Assembly: GCA_963729045.1 (NCBI GenBank)
Contig: CAVSMN010000009.1
Location: forward strand, 64,001-128,000
Length of the DNA: 64,000 nt
DNA from: an uncultured Nitrososphaeraceae archaeon
Lineage (GTDB): Archaea; Thermoproteota; Nitrososphaeria; Nitrososphaerales; Nitrososphaeraceae
Reading direction: 5' to 3'
This document shows, in pieces, positions 52,421-63,012 of this stretch (position 1 is the first letter of the stretch; each line of letters starts with the position of its first letter). The notes under the pieces are model-generated. The model was not told where the DNA came from and made no database searches. It saw nothing but the letters and a program-made list of their open reading frames with translations. Position numbers and translations under genes: made by a program.

Positions 52421-53331
52421 TTATGGATGTTTATGTTCATGTTCATGTTCGTGTCGATGTTCATCAGTGTGTAAGTGGGGATGTGAGTGAGACACACCGC
52501 CATGACTATGAGAATGATATATTTTCTTAAAGACAGCATATAAAGCCGTTATTCCAAAGGCCAAAGTAATAAACATGACGATGGTGGGACCAGATGAAGA
52601 ATCCAAAAAGAAACTAGCATACATGCCACAAAAAGATGCAACCGATCCTATGATAATAGATAGAAATACAACACTTGAAAAATTATTTGATAACATCCTA
52701 GCAGAAATGGCTGGACCTACTATTACTGATGCAAGTAATGTTACTCCAATTGAAGACATTGAAACAATAATTATGGTAGCCAGGACAAATGAAAAAAGTA
52801 GTTCGATATATGAAGTCTTAATCCCACTTATTTTAGCACTTTCGTTATCAAAAAAGGAAAAAACTAAGCGCTTATGGAGGAAAAAAAAGAAGGCGCCTGA
52901 AAGCATTGTTACGAAACAATAATATAAAGATCTTGTTCGGTAATGGCCAAAATATTTCCAAATAAAAGTGATTCGAAATTCCTGGTATACCTATTTGTAA
53001 TGCTTACTAGTAACACTCCAAAGGCAAAAATAGCGGTGGTAACCAGCCCTATTGCAGCATCAGGTTTAATTTTATTTCTTTTGCTTATTTCATATATCAC
53101 AAAAGAGGCCAAGTAGCTCCAAATAATTGCTCCAACATAGTAATTCAAACCTACAATACTTCCCACTATTGCTCCTCCAAAAGCAGCATGTGAAAGTCCA
53201 TGACCAACATAACTTAGTCCTCTTAAAATAATATATACTCCAGCTAAGCCACAAATACCCCCAAGCAAAACTGAAACTATAACTCCCTTAATAAAAAATT
53301 CATATTGAAATGGTAACAGAAGATCAATCAA
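52421..53331 (-). CDS. Metal ABC transporter permease (ZnuB/MntB family) with a His-rich tail; frameshift at ~52915
   Basis: GHGLSHAAFGG, LLFGNIL, FFD...A, GPTIV. The two ORFs join if one T is restored. Confidence 0.88.
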
Positions 53332-53341
53332 ATGATCTTCA

Positions 53342-54098
53342 CTATTTTATTTTGTAATCTGAAAGTCCATATGTTTTTAAAAGGTTATCTTCTTTAAGAA
53401 CATCTTGTGGATGACCTTCAGCAATTACATATTTATTAAAACAAATAACCCAAGGAGAACGATTAGCAATATGAGTTATATCATGAGTGGATAAAATTAC
53501 AGTCATTCCATTGTTGCTTAGTGTTTTTAATATATCAAATATTTTTTCTCTTGAAACATAATCTAGACCCGTTGTTGGCTCATCCAAAATAAGAACATCA
53601 GGGTTTCTAATCAATGCCCTGCCCAAAAAGACACGTTGTTGCTCTCCTCCAGAAAGTGCGCGAATGTGTCGTTTTTCGTAGCCACTTAATCCTAATATTT
53701 TTAAAGTATCTTTTATTTGATTTTTCAATTTTTTATCTATCCATGGAAGATAACTTTTGTAGTTCCATGATCCCATTGCTATGACCTCTTGTACAGAAAC
53801 TGGAAAATTCCAATCAATAGTTTCTATCTGTGGAACATATCCAACAGATAGGATAATAGAAAATGGAATCACAGTCATTACAAATGTACTCAATATCTCC
53901 ATTCCAAGGTTCGTAAATTCCACATATTAGTTTTAATAAAGTGGTTTTTCCAGATCCACTAGGACCTACAATAGAAACAAATCGACCTTTTGGTATAGAC
54001 AAATTAACTCCCTCGACTACAAAATCATGATAGGTAAATCCATAGGATACACCAGTTAATTTTAGATATTCAAAGGAGCCCATCTTAATGATAATCAT
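53342..54098 (-). CDS. Metal ABC transporter ATPase (ZnuC family); frameshift at ~53850-53900
   Basis: Walker [10 protein letters not shown] in the upstream [25 protein letters not shown] in the downstream ORF. Confidence 0.9.
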
Positions 54099-54130
54099 TT
54101 GAGATGTTTATTAATATTTAATAAAAAAAT

Positions 54131-55150
54131 TTATGGTGTGTATGTATTCTCAGGATTTATGTTAGATAGGCTGCTAGTATTTCCCCCTAATGGGATTATC
54201 ATGTGCTCCATATTATCAAGCATCATTCCTACATACGTATGGTTAGGACTTGTTAAATCACCAGGAAGTGCATCATCTCTCAAGGTCTGTACTATATCTA
54301 CACCAGCTTCTTTAGCTATTTGATCAGTAATTTTATTTGAAAAGACCTCTGATGCAAAGATGGCAGGTACCTTTTCAGCCTTTATTTGATCAATCAATTT
54401 GGCTATATCAAGAGGAGATGGTTCTGAAAAATCTGATGGTTGCACAGCACCAATCACGGTCATGTTATACCTTGGTGCAAAATATGCCCAAGAATCATGA
54501 TAGGTTATCAATTTTCTATTTTCTGGCGGTACACTTTGTACGGCTGCTTTTATTCCTTCATCTAGCTGTTTTAGTAAAGCAATGTACTTTTCAGCGTTCT
54601 CTGTATAATAAGCAGTATTATTGGGATCCATCTCGATTAACTTATCTTTAGTTAAATTAGCAAACTTCATAGCATTTACCGGATTTAACCATAAATGAGG
54701 ATTAGGATGACCCTGTTCTTTAGGAAAACTGAAATCAAATATCCAACCTGTTGAATTAATAGTACCATCAGCAAGTTTTAACAACTGAATGTCTGGCTTG
54801 TTCTTAAGTGACTCATTTACAACTTTTTCCATATTGTCCTCTAGAAACAATCCGTTAATGATAACAAGATCTGCATTGCTTAATTTTACTATATCAGATG
54901 GAACGGGTTCAAAGGTATGTGAATTTACACCCTCGGGTACCAAACCAGTCAGGTTTATCTTGTCTCCGGCTATATTTTTAACAATATTAGTTATTGGAGA
55001 TACAGATGTAATGACGTTTAATGTTTTATTGGCTGCATAAACCGAATTCAGATTATTATCAATGCTTGTGGTGACCGCCAGCAAAGACAAAAGTATTGTA
55101 AATGTAGCTACAAACATTATTTTGGTGTTATTAAAAAAATTTTCTGACAT
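54131..55150 (-). CDS. Metal ABC transporter substrate-binding protein (cluster A-I, ZnuA/TroA/PsaA)
   Basis: NSHTFEP, NGLFLE, NPHLWLNP, YHDSWAYF, LRDD. Confidence 0.93.
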   Translation of the reverse strand: MSENFFNNTKIMFVATFTILLSLLAVTTSIDNNLNSVYAANKTLNVITSVSPITNIVKNIAGDKINLTGLVPEGVNSHTFEPVPSDIVKLSNADLVIINGLFLEDNMEKVVNESLKNKPDIQLLKLADGTINSTGWIFDFSFPKEQGHPNPHLWLNPVNAMKFANLTKDKLIEMDPNNTAYYTENAEKYIALLKQLDEGIKAAVQSVPPENRKLITYHDSWAYFAPRYNMTVIGAVQPSDFSEPSPLDIAKLIDQIKAEKVPAIFASEVFSNKITDQIAKEAGVDIVQTLRDDALPGDLTSPNHTYVGMMLDNMEHMIIPLGGNTSSLSNINPENTYTP

Positions 55151-55249
55151 TCTGAATCATTATAAATGATTTTATTAATTTTTTTAATAGCGAGTTATTG
55201 GTTTTGGGCCAAAAAATGCATTTATAGTAGTATAGAGGGCCTGCTTAGG

Positions 55250-56194
55250 TCATATCTTTCTCATTTTGCTAAATGAAACATTTAGAACATTTTTTCTTAC
55301 TATTCTAACTATAGAATAAATAATGTCACGAATATCATAAACAAATGAGCCTAACAACCGGATCAATAAACCATTTTCACCGGGCAATTTTGTACATCCA
55401 CCAATAGCTTCTTTTGTTCCAGACAAAATTTCTAGTATTTCATTTTGTATGATGTTTACTTTATCCTTAGGGGTTAGAATATAAACACTCCCCAGTATTT
55501 CATAATTATTTAATATTCCAAAAGATTGTATACTTTCCACCTTGGGTTCTATTTTTGCTACATCAATTAGTCTTAATTTATCATCTTGATTTACTGACTT
55601 GACTTTCATATAGCATATATCGTATTCAAAAGATTCATTGCTAGCAACCCTACCAGGTGTTAATATTTCAGAATAAATACAGGTAGCTTCATCATGAACC
55701 TTAATATTTGAAACTTGATAAAATCTAGAATCTCTAAATGGTATTATTTGATCAGGTATATATTCTAAGTAACAATCTTTATCAACATTCAAATTTATTA
55801 TTTGAGATCCAAAGTTTTTATTCATCCTGTATATTCTAGTAGCACTTTGGGTAGTAACATGGGACTTGGCTGAATTAGTAAGTGTAATGTCAATTCTATA
55901 CCTATCACCTTGTAAAATGCCTCCAGATGGAGAAATAATATAAACATAAGCCATCTCGGGAAATGTCTCTTCAAGATAAAGGGCACGTTTTATGCACAAA
56001 GGAACCTTGTAATATTGGTGTTTTATGGATGTTTTATGACTATCTGGATTATGTTCTAGACCAAGTTCTAAAATACCTAATTTACCTGATTGTCCTACTG
56101 CCAATTGTTCCAATGGATTATCGTAATTTAAAATTTCATCAGGAATATTTTCAGGAGTACAATAAGAAAGATTATACAAACTCATTGAAATCAA
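55250..56194 (-). CDS. ureD: Urease accessory protein UreD
   Basis: SPSGGILQGD, TTQSATRIY, LEYIPD..IPF, EILTPGR. Confidence 0.93.
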   Translation of the reverse strand: MISMSLYNLSYCTPENIPDEILNYDNPLEQLAVGQSGKLGILELGLEHNPDSHKTSIKHQYYKVPLCIKRALYLEETFPEMAYVYIISPSGGILQGDRYRIDITLTNSAKSHVTTQSATRIYRMNKNFGSQIINLNVDKDCYLEYIPDQIIPFRDSRFYQVSNIKVHDEATCIYSEILTPGRVASNESFEYDICYMKVKSVNQDDKLRLIDVAKIEPKVESIQSFGILNNYEILGSVYILTPKDKVNIIQNEILEILSGTKEAIGGCTKLPGENGLLIRLLGSFVYDIRDIIYSIVRIVRKNVLNVSFSKMRKI

Positions 56195-56201
56195 TAAAAG
56201 A

Positions 56202-56858
56202 TTAATTGATGGCTACCGATTTAGGAGGTGCATCAAATAATACGTTCTTTACGATTTGTTCTGCCACGGTTTTAACACCCTGACCTGTTTTGCTGTTAAC
56301 AAAAACATATGGTTTATCATTTCGAACAATTTTGGCGTCTCGCTCCATGATGCTTAGGTCGGCACCTATGAAAGAGGCAATATCTATCTTGTTGATTACC
56401 AATAAATCAGACGTTTCGATTCCAAGTCCACGCTTTCTTGGATATTTATCCCCTCCAGAAACATCGATAATATAAATAAAATAGTCGGCCAACGCAGGAC
56501 TAAAGGTGGTTGTAATGTTATCGCCCCCACTTTCAATAATTATCAAATCAAGATTGGGGTGCTTGGATTCCATCTCCTCTACAACAGATATATTAATTGA
56601 AGGATCTTCTCTCACTGCAGTATGAGGGCAGCCTCCTGTAGCAATGCCTATTACTAGATCCTCTGGCATTAACCCTTTTTCGGTGGCAAGGTTTTTTCTC
56701 ATTCTATCGGCATCTTCTCTAGAAACAACATCGTTAGAAATAATTCCAACGTTATATCCATCATTCTTTAAAATAGGAACTAATTGTTCGATTAACATGG
56801 TTTTTCCTGATCCAACAGGTCCGCCTATGCCTATACGTGGAATTCTTGAAAGTGCCAC
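56202..56858 (-). CDS. ureG: Urease accessory GTPase UreG
   Basis: GGPVGSGKT, TGGCPHTAVRED, ESGGDN, NKID. GTG start inferred. Confidence 0.96.
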   Translation of the reverse strand: MALSRIPRIGIGGPVGSGKTMLIEQLVPILKNDGYNVGIISNDVVSREDADRMRKNLATEKGLMPEDLVIGIATGGCPHTAVREDPSINISVVEEMESKHPNLDLIIIESGGDNITTTFSPALADYFIYIIDVSGGDKYPRKRGLGIETSDLLVINKIDIASFIGADLSIMERDAKIVRNDKPYVFVNSKTGQGVKTVAEQIVKNVLFDAPPKSVAIN

Positions 56859-56877
56859 AAAAAAATAAAGGAAAAAA

Positions 56878-57600
56878 TCAAGTAATAAACATTTTTGAAT
56901 CCATCTGTTCATGATGCATTTGAATTATATCAAGTTGAGGAATAAATTGCCACATACTATCAAGAGGTCTATTGATATTTTTTTTCACCGTTGATAGAAT
57001 CACTGGTTTCATCTCATCTATAAGCATCTGCCCTTCAATATGCTGAAGAATACCCAATCTAAGGGCAGCTCCAATTACACTGACAACAAACCCATATAGC
57101 AACATCAAACCAGATCGCTCTTTAGTTATTTTCATAGAATTGCATCCCAAGGCGTATGATAAAGGATAAACTCCCTTTGCATGACCGCTCTTAATATTTT
57201 TTGAATAGAAATCCAAATATTCATCATTATGAATAAATGCAGAAACACATCTTAGGAACTGGATTCCTGATCTTGTTGAGGCCGAACGAGTTTCATCTAC
57301 CAATCTCATAAAATAATATGTATTATCCAATTCTAATAACGACATAAAGTCTTTCTTTTGAATACAATTATACACATTACCTACAACACAGCAATCAGTA
57401 GGTCCTATTTGCTGTACAAGGTAGGCTTTGATGAAATCCGAAATCTCACCGTATGTTAGCTTTCTGTTTTTATCATAAAACAATAATTCCAGGCCATTTG
57501 AAGTAGTGTACAAACCGGTTGGAAAAAAAGAATCAGATAATTGTAAAAAACTTAAATCCGCAATGGATGGTATTGATTCGATATCCTTATCAGTGTGCAT
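56878..57600 (-). CDS. ureF: Urease accessory protein UreF
   Basis: LQLSDSFFPTG..S.GLE, AALRL, HEQMDSKMFIT. Confidence 0.94.
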   Translation of the reverse strand: MHTDKDIESIPSIADLSFLQLSDSFFPTGLYTTSNGLELLFYDKNRKLTYGEISDFIKAYLVQQIGPTDCCVVGNVYNCIQKKDFMSLLELDNTYYFMRLVDETRSASTRSGIQFLRCVSAFIHNDEYLDFYSKNIKSGHAKGVYPLSYALGCNSMKITKERSGLMLLYGFVVSVIGAALRLGILQHIEGQMLIDEMKPVILSTVKKNINRPLDSMWQFIPQLDIIQMHHEQMDSKMFIT

Positions 57601-58186
57601 GAATATCAAATCCCTGATCAGGTTCAAAAATGAGTTGCTCTGAGCGAATTTCTATATAGTCTTTTAAATCTGACAACAATCTCAAGAATAGATTTATTTC
57701 ATCGGGACTTTGAATAGGAAAAATTATATCACGATTTTCGATTTTTAATGGCCTATGTAAGTTTCCAATAGTATGTCCTACTTTTATTGCCACGTTAGTG
57801 AGTTCATCATCGTTGGCTTGTCATGCTCATGCTTATGTGTCATGGTCATGGTCATGCTTGTGTTCATGGTCATGGTCATGGTCATGATTATTGTGTAAAT
57901 GGTTTTTAATATTCAAGATAGCCACAAGCTCAGGAGATAATTTTATGACTATCATTTTAGTATCATCAAGAAAAACTACATCACCGTCTCTAAGATGGGT
58001 TCTAGAAGGCAAAATAAATCCGATATCAGTTTCTTTGTCTGAAACCTTTCTCATTCTAACCTTCTCGGTTTCAGATCTCTGAATTACTACATTCTCGACG
58101 GTATTTTTTTTAACCGACTCTTCATATTTTTGATGTAATTGTGGATCTTTCTTTATGTTTCCTATAACAGTTGTAATGGTTAACAT
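57590..58186 (-). CDS. ureE: Urease nickel chaperone UreE with an internal His-rich linker; two compensating indels at ~57810-57838
   Basis: N-domain KVRMR...LRDGD and C-domain GHTIGNLH are in the same frame, separated by ~25 bp read out of frame. Confidence 0.88.
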
Positions 58187-58307
58187 CAGATATCATATAG
58201 AGGTTAATCTTATCCATAAAAACAATTTCAAAATTTTAATCTTATTTTGAGCCAAGCTAAGATATTCGTCAAAACTATTTTCTGAGTAAACAGAAATAAC
58301 TAGAAAT

Positions 58308-58727
58308 TTATGTTTTATTATCTCTACTGACGTTGTTATCAAGACTTTCTAGATTATTTGTGTTGTTTTTTGGATCGAGATCTGGATTTGGATTCCTTAT
58401 TTTGTTCACAGCGGTTATCATATTTTGTAAATTTTGAGTATAATCATACTTTCCGTAGTGTTTATACTTGCTAGGATCTAATTCGGCAAATACTAGTCCT
58501 CCATCAGATATTTCAATTTTTGAACCAACCTCAAATTTTTGAGCTACCACACATTGTCTTACCAAGTGATAAGGATAATCAAGATTGAGGTGAGATTTTG
58601 GATCTATCAAACCTGAAATCGAAGACAATTTTCCAAATTTGACAATTACATGTCTAATTTGCAAAGGGTCGATGATTAACATAGAATCATCAATATTAGA
58701 TTTTTCAGTACAATGTCTAATTTGCAA
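58308..58727 (-). CDS. Hypothetical protein within the urease cluster
   Basis: 139-aa ORF starting 6 bp after the chaperonin stop, on the same strand. Confidence 0.75.
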   Translation of the reverse strand: MQIRHCTEKSNIDDSMLIIDPLQIRHVIVKFGKLSSISGLIDPKSHLNLDYPYHLVRQCVVAQKFEVGSKIEISDGGLVFAELDPSKYKHYGKYDYTQNLQNMITAVNKIRNPNPDLDPKNNTNNLESLDNNVSRDNKT

Positions 58728-58733
58728 TAGTAA

Positions 58734-60293
58734 TCACCTTTTTGAATCAGCAAGTGCTTGAGGATTGAGGTCGTCTGCAGCTAAATTCTTATCAATCCTT
58801 AAAACAGATTTGGCCATTTCGCCTGATGCTTCCAATGCCATTGTTTTTACTAAAACTGGATCTAAAACGCCTTTAGAAACCATATTTACAATTTCACCAC
58901 TGTCGATATCAACTCCATAGCCATCCGGGGAAGCTTTAGCATTCATTACTTTTTCTAAACCGTTAAATCCGGCATTTGTTAATATTTGTCTCATAATACT
59001 TTCGAGTGCAGATGTTACCACTTCTAGGCCTACTTGCTCCAATCCACTGAGTTTGAGTTTTTTGATTTTTTCAATAATATGCAATTCGGCAGCACCACCA
59101 CCTGGAACAATTCCGTAATTTAATGCAGCTTCTGCAGCATTGATTCCATCAATTGTTGATCTCCATCTCTCTAACGATGTTTCCTTTGTAGAACCTGATA
59201 TCAGCACAGTGATGATCTTCTTTCCTCTGCCATTTTCCAAATATATTATACCGTTATCCTCATCCTCGTATATTTTCTCAGAAACACCAAGGATATCTTT
59301 ATTTTTTAGATCATCTAGTGTTCGCACTGGTTTTGCGCCCGTATATCTTGACAAATATTCTATTTCTTCATTTGAAATGTGGACCGCAAATAATCCCTTT
59401 GATACAAAAAGATCTTCGACTATTTGATCCACTTCAGGTGAAGCTATAAAAAGAGTATTTGCTCCCGTTTCAACTATGGTATCAACAATTTTTTTTGATT
59501 TTTCCAAACGATCTTTTTCCATAGTAAGAATATCTTGATATTTGCTATTTTCTTTGATCCATGACTCTTTTACGGGTTTTAAATCCAATCTCAAAATTAG
59601 AATTTTCGAATTTTCAACTTTGCTGGGAAGTTCTGGATCGATTCTTTTTCTTTCCAAAACAATGCCATTAAAAATTTTATCCTCAATATCTACTCTTCTT
59701 ATAACCTGTACTGCCTTATCAAAATCATATAATCCGTTGTAAATTGCATCTTTTCCTACAGTACGTAACGCATTAACTACCAACGTATGCAATACTCGAC
59801 CATCCAATTTTGATGACAAGCTCGTTTTTACGATTTGATCGAGTTCAGGAGCATCAAGGTTGATCTTTATGGCACTTTTTTTTAGCAATTCGCAAGAATG
59901 TTTTATACCACTTTCAATGCCTTCAACGACCTTAGTAGGATGCACCGCAAGTTCACGAATTAATCTTTTACCTTCTTTGATCATCTCAGCTGCCAAAATT
60001 ACAGCCGTTGTTGTTCCATCGCCTACTTTTTGCTCCTGTCTTTCTGCAATTTCTACTATCATTCTTGCGACAGGATGAATTGCTCTCAATGAAAGTAATA
60101 TGGTAACACCATCATTAGATACATGTCTATTCATTGATTGATCGATCAAAAGTTTATCCAGGCCTTTTGGTCCTAGGGTGGTTCTCACCGTTTCAGCTAC
60201 GGCCATTACCGCGTTTGAATTAGACTCTAAAGCATTGAATTCAATATTTTCAGCAATTGGTTTCCAAACTCCAAAATTTTGTGGTGAAGACAT
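58734..60293 (-). CDS. Divergent group II chaperonin (thermosome/TCP-1 family)
   Basis: RTTLGPKGLDK, NDGVTIL, GDGTTT, VPGGGAAE, NAG, GVLDP, LRID. Confidence 0.92.
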   Translation of the reverse strand: MSSPQNFGVWKPIAENIEFNALESNSNAVMAVAETVRTTLGPKGLDKLLIDQSMNRHVSNDGVTILLSLRAIHPVARMIVEIAERQEQKVGDGTTTAVILAAEMIKEGKRLIRELAVHPTKVVEGIESGIKHSCELLKKSAIKINLDAPELDQIVKTSLSSKLDGRVLHTLVVNALRTVGKDAIYNGLYDFDKAVQVIRRVDIEDKIFNGIVLERKRIDPELPSKVENSKILILRLDLKPVKESWIKENSKYQDILTMEKDRLEKSKKIVDTIVETGANTLFIASPEVDQIVEDLFVSKGLFAVHISNEEIEYLSRYTGAKPVRTLDDLKNKDILGVSEKIYEDEDNGIIYLENGRGKKIITVLISGSTKETSLERWRSTIDGINAAEAALNYGIVPGGGAAELHIIEKIKKLKLSGLEQVGLEVVTSALESIMRQILTNAGFNGLEKVMNAKASPDGYGVDIDSGEIVNMVSKGVLDPVLVKTMALEASGEMAKSVLRIDKNLAADDLNPQALADSKR

Positions 60294-60413
60294 ATTTTCT
60301 AAAATTAAAGACCAAGAGATAAATGTATCAGAAATATTAATGCTGAATAGAAATTAAAGCAAGATAAACTTTAGAAAGAAAAAAAGATAGTTGGAAGTGG
60401 TTGGGAAGAACCC

Positions 60414-62141
60414 TTATGCCATAAAGTATCTTTGTGCTAAAGTTAGTTCCTTTGCTGGATCAACAGTAGCGATCTGCCCGTCAATCTTTACTTCATATGT
60501 TTCATGATCTACAGTAATTTCTGGTGTTTTATCATTCCACAGCATGTCTTTCTTTCCTATACTTCTGCAGTTTTTAACAGCCAATGTAGTTTTTTCTAAT
60601 CCTAGTTTCTGAGGAACGCCAAGCTCTAATGATTTTTTTGACATGAAAGTAAAAGAAGTCTTCTTTACAGCACGCCCCATTGCACCAAACATTGGTCTAT
60701 AAAAGACCGGTTCTGGTGTTGGCAAAGAAGCATTTGGATCACCCATTATAGACCAAGCAATAAATCCACCTTTAAAGACCATTTTTGGCTTTGCAGCAAA
60801 GAAAGCATTGTTGTACATGACTATATCAGCATACTTTCCTACTTCAAGGGATCCCAGATAGTCTGCGACACCATGAGTTATGGCAGGATTAATGGTTGTT
60901 TTTGCAATATAGCGCTTTGCTCTTAAATTGTCGTTGTCTCCTTCCTCATCTTTTAGTTTTCCTTTCATTTTTTTCATTTTGTCGGCAGTTTGCCATGCAC
61001 GAATTACAACCTCTCCAATTCTACCCATAGCTTGACTGTCTGATGAATACATACTAAGAACTCCCTCATCATGCATTACATCCTCGGCTGCTATTGTTTC
61101 GGCTCTAATTCTAGAGTCTGCAAAAGCGACATCTTCTGCAACACCAGGGTTAAGATGGTGACAAAACATGAGCATATCAAGGTGTTCATCAATAGTATTG
61201 ACAGTAAATGGTCTTGTAGGATTGGTTGAGGAAGGTAAAACGTTTTGTTCTGCTGCGATGGCAAGTATATCTGGAGCGTGACCACCACCTGCTCCTTCTG
61301 TATGATAGCTGTGGACAACTCTTCCGTCGATGGCATTAACGGTATCCTCTAAATAAGCACATTCATTTATGGAATCAGTGTGTATTGCAACTTGAACATC
61401 AGTTAAATCAGCCGCACGAAGTGATGCATCCAAAACAGCAGGAGTAGTTCCCCAATCTTCATGATCTTTTAGTCCACAAACACCGGCTTCGATTTGTTCC
61501 ATTTGGGTGGCTAACGATGGATGAGAATCATTGCCTTTGCCTAAAAATCCATAATTCATTGGAATGTCCTCTACGGATTCTAACATCCTACTAATGTTAA
61601 ATGTACCTGGAGTACATGTGGTAGCATTAGTACCATCTGCAGGACCAGTACCACCACCTATCATGTTACATATACCATTACTGATTCCATCTATGTACTG
61701 CTGAGGAGAAATCATGTGAATGTGGGTATCAAAATGTCCTGGAGTACAGATTGTATGCTCACCAGCCGTTGCCTCAGTACATGCAGATACGATTAGGTTT
61801 CTATCAACACCATCCATTACTAATGGATTTCCGGCTTTTCCGATACCTGCAATTTTACCATCTTTAATACCTATATCACCCTTCACTATCCCAATCACAG
61901 GATCAAGCACTACAGCATTCGTGATAACATAGTCCAAAGCACCGCCTGCACTGGTAACACCAGGTGTTTGAGCTAGACCATCTCGAAGTGTTTTTCCTCC
62001 TCCAAATACACATTCATCTCCATGGGATATGAGATCCTTTTCAATCTCAATTAAGAGATCTGTATCACCTAAACGAATCTTGTCGCCTGTAGTTGGACCA
62101 AAATGATCAGTATATTGTTTTTTTGTTACTTTTAAGACCAA
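60414..62141 (-). CDS. ureC: Urease alpha subunit
   Basis: [48 protein letters not shown]. Confidence 0.98.
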   Translation of the reverse strand: MVLKVTKKQYTDHFGPTTGDKIRLGDTDLLIEIEKDLISHGDECVFGGGKTLRDGLAQTPGVTSAGGALDYVITNAVVLDPVIGIVKGDIGIKDGKIAGIGKAGNPLVMDGVDRNLIVSACTEATAGEHTICTPGHFDTHIHMISPQQYIDGISNGICNMIGGGTGPADGTNATTCTPGTFNISRMLESVEDIPMNYGFLGKGNDSHPSLATQMEQIEAGVCGLKDHEDWGTTPAVLDASLRAADLTDVQVAIHTDSINECAYLEDTVNAIDGRVVHSYHTEGAGGGHAPDILAIAAEQNVLPSSTNPTRPFTVNTIDEHLDMLMFCHHLNPGVAEDVAFADSRIRAETIAAEDVMHDEGVLSMYSSDSQAMGRIGEVVIRAWQTADKMKKMKGKLKDEEGDNDNLRAKRYIAKTTINPAITHGVADYLGSLEVGKYADIVMYNNAFFAAKPKMVFKGGFIAWSIMGDPNASLPTPEPVFYRPMFGAMGRAVKKTSFTFMSKKSLELGVPQKLGLEKTTLAVKNCRSIGKKDMLWNDKTPEITVDHETYEVKIDGQIATVDPAKELTLAQRYFMA

Positions 62142-62153
62142 TAATATCCTCTC

Positions 62154-62528
62154 CTAATTACCCATTCCTTTAAAACCAAAGAATTTGGCTTTTTCAATTG
62201 CGGATTTCTTTATATTTGATGACTTCATACTTCCATTTGTTAGACCATTAAATCCAAAGCAAACTTTTGAACCCCCTAATTCACACAATTCAACTTCCTT
62301 TGTGTCACCTGGTTCAAATCTTACTGAGGTGCCAGCTGTTATATTTAATCGATAACCAAATGCTTGCTCTCTTGGAAAATCAAGAACTTTGTTGATTTCA
62401 AAGAAGTGTGTATGAGATCCTATTTGACATGGCCTGTCACCAGTATGTTTTACAGTAATCTTTATGGTTTTTCTGTTTTCGTTGCAAAGTACATCGCCTT
62501 CAGATAAAATATATTCTCCTGGAATCAT
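62154..62528 (-). CDS. ureB: Urease beta subunit
   Basis: MIPGE, TGDRP.QIGSH.HF, AGTSVRFEPG. Confidence 0.97.
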   Translation of the reverse strand: MIPGEYILSEGDVLCNENRKTIKITVKHTGDRPCQIGSHTHFFEINKVLDFPREQAFGYRLNITAGTSVRFEPGDTKEVELCELGGSKVCFGFNGLTNGSMKSSNIKKSAIEKAKFFGFKGMGN

Positions 62529-62592
62529 TATAAATTAAAACCTCCGTTTAAATTCAATTTAGAAATAATTTTAATTGTCATTCATAACTCAC

Positions 62593-62895
62593 CTATTGAA
62601 CTGGATCATGAACGGTAACTAATTTTGTCCCGTCTGGAAATGTAACTTCCACCTGTACTGTATGTATCATCTCAGGCACTCCCTCCATAACATCCGCTCG
62701 TTTTAAAATATTTCTTGCAGACGTCATTAATTCTGCGACTGATTTTCCTTCTCGTGCTCCTTCTACAACAAAATTGGCTATATAAGCAATTGATTCAGGA
62801 TAATTTAGTTTTACTCCTTTCTGTTTTCTTCCCTCGGCAATTTGTGCTGCCGTCCATATCATCATTTTTTCAATCTCTCTTGGGGCTAACATCAT
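62593..62895 (-). CDS. ureA: Urease gamma subunit
   Basis: [28 protein letters not shown]. Confidence 0.97.
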   Translation of the reverse strand: MMLAPREIEKMMIWTAAQIAEGRKQKGVKLNYPESIAYIANFVVEGAREGKSVAELMTSARNILKRADVMEGVPEMIHTVQVEVTFPDGTKLVTVHDPVQ

Positions 62896-62981
62896 GTTTA
62901 ATTCACATATAACAAACCTAGTGAGTTATTTTAAAATTCAAAATAATAATCAATATATATGAACAATTACAATTATCAAAT

Positions 62982-63003
62982 ATTTAGTCGATGTCGACTA
63001 AAT
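62982..63003. promoter_or_regulatory. Perfect inverted repeat upstream of ureA (candidate operator)
   Basis: ATTTAGTCGA-TG-TCGACTAAAT, ~90 bp upstream of the ureA ATG. Confidence 0.45.
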
Positions 63004-63012
63004 CGGATGTCA

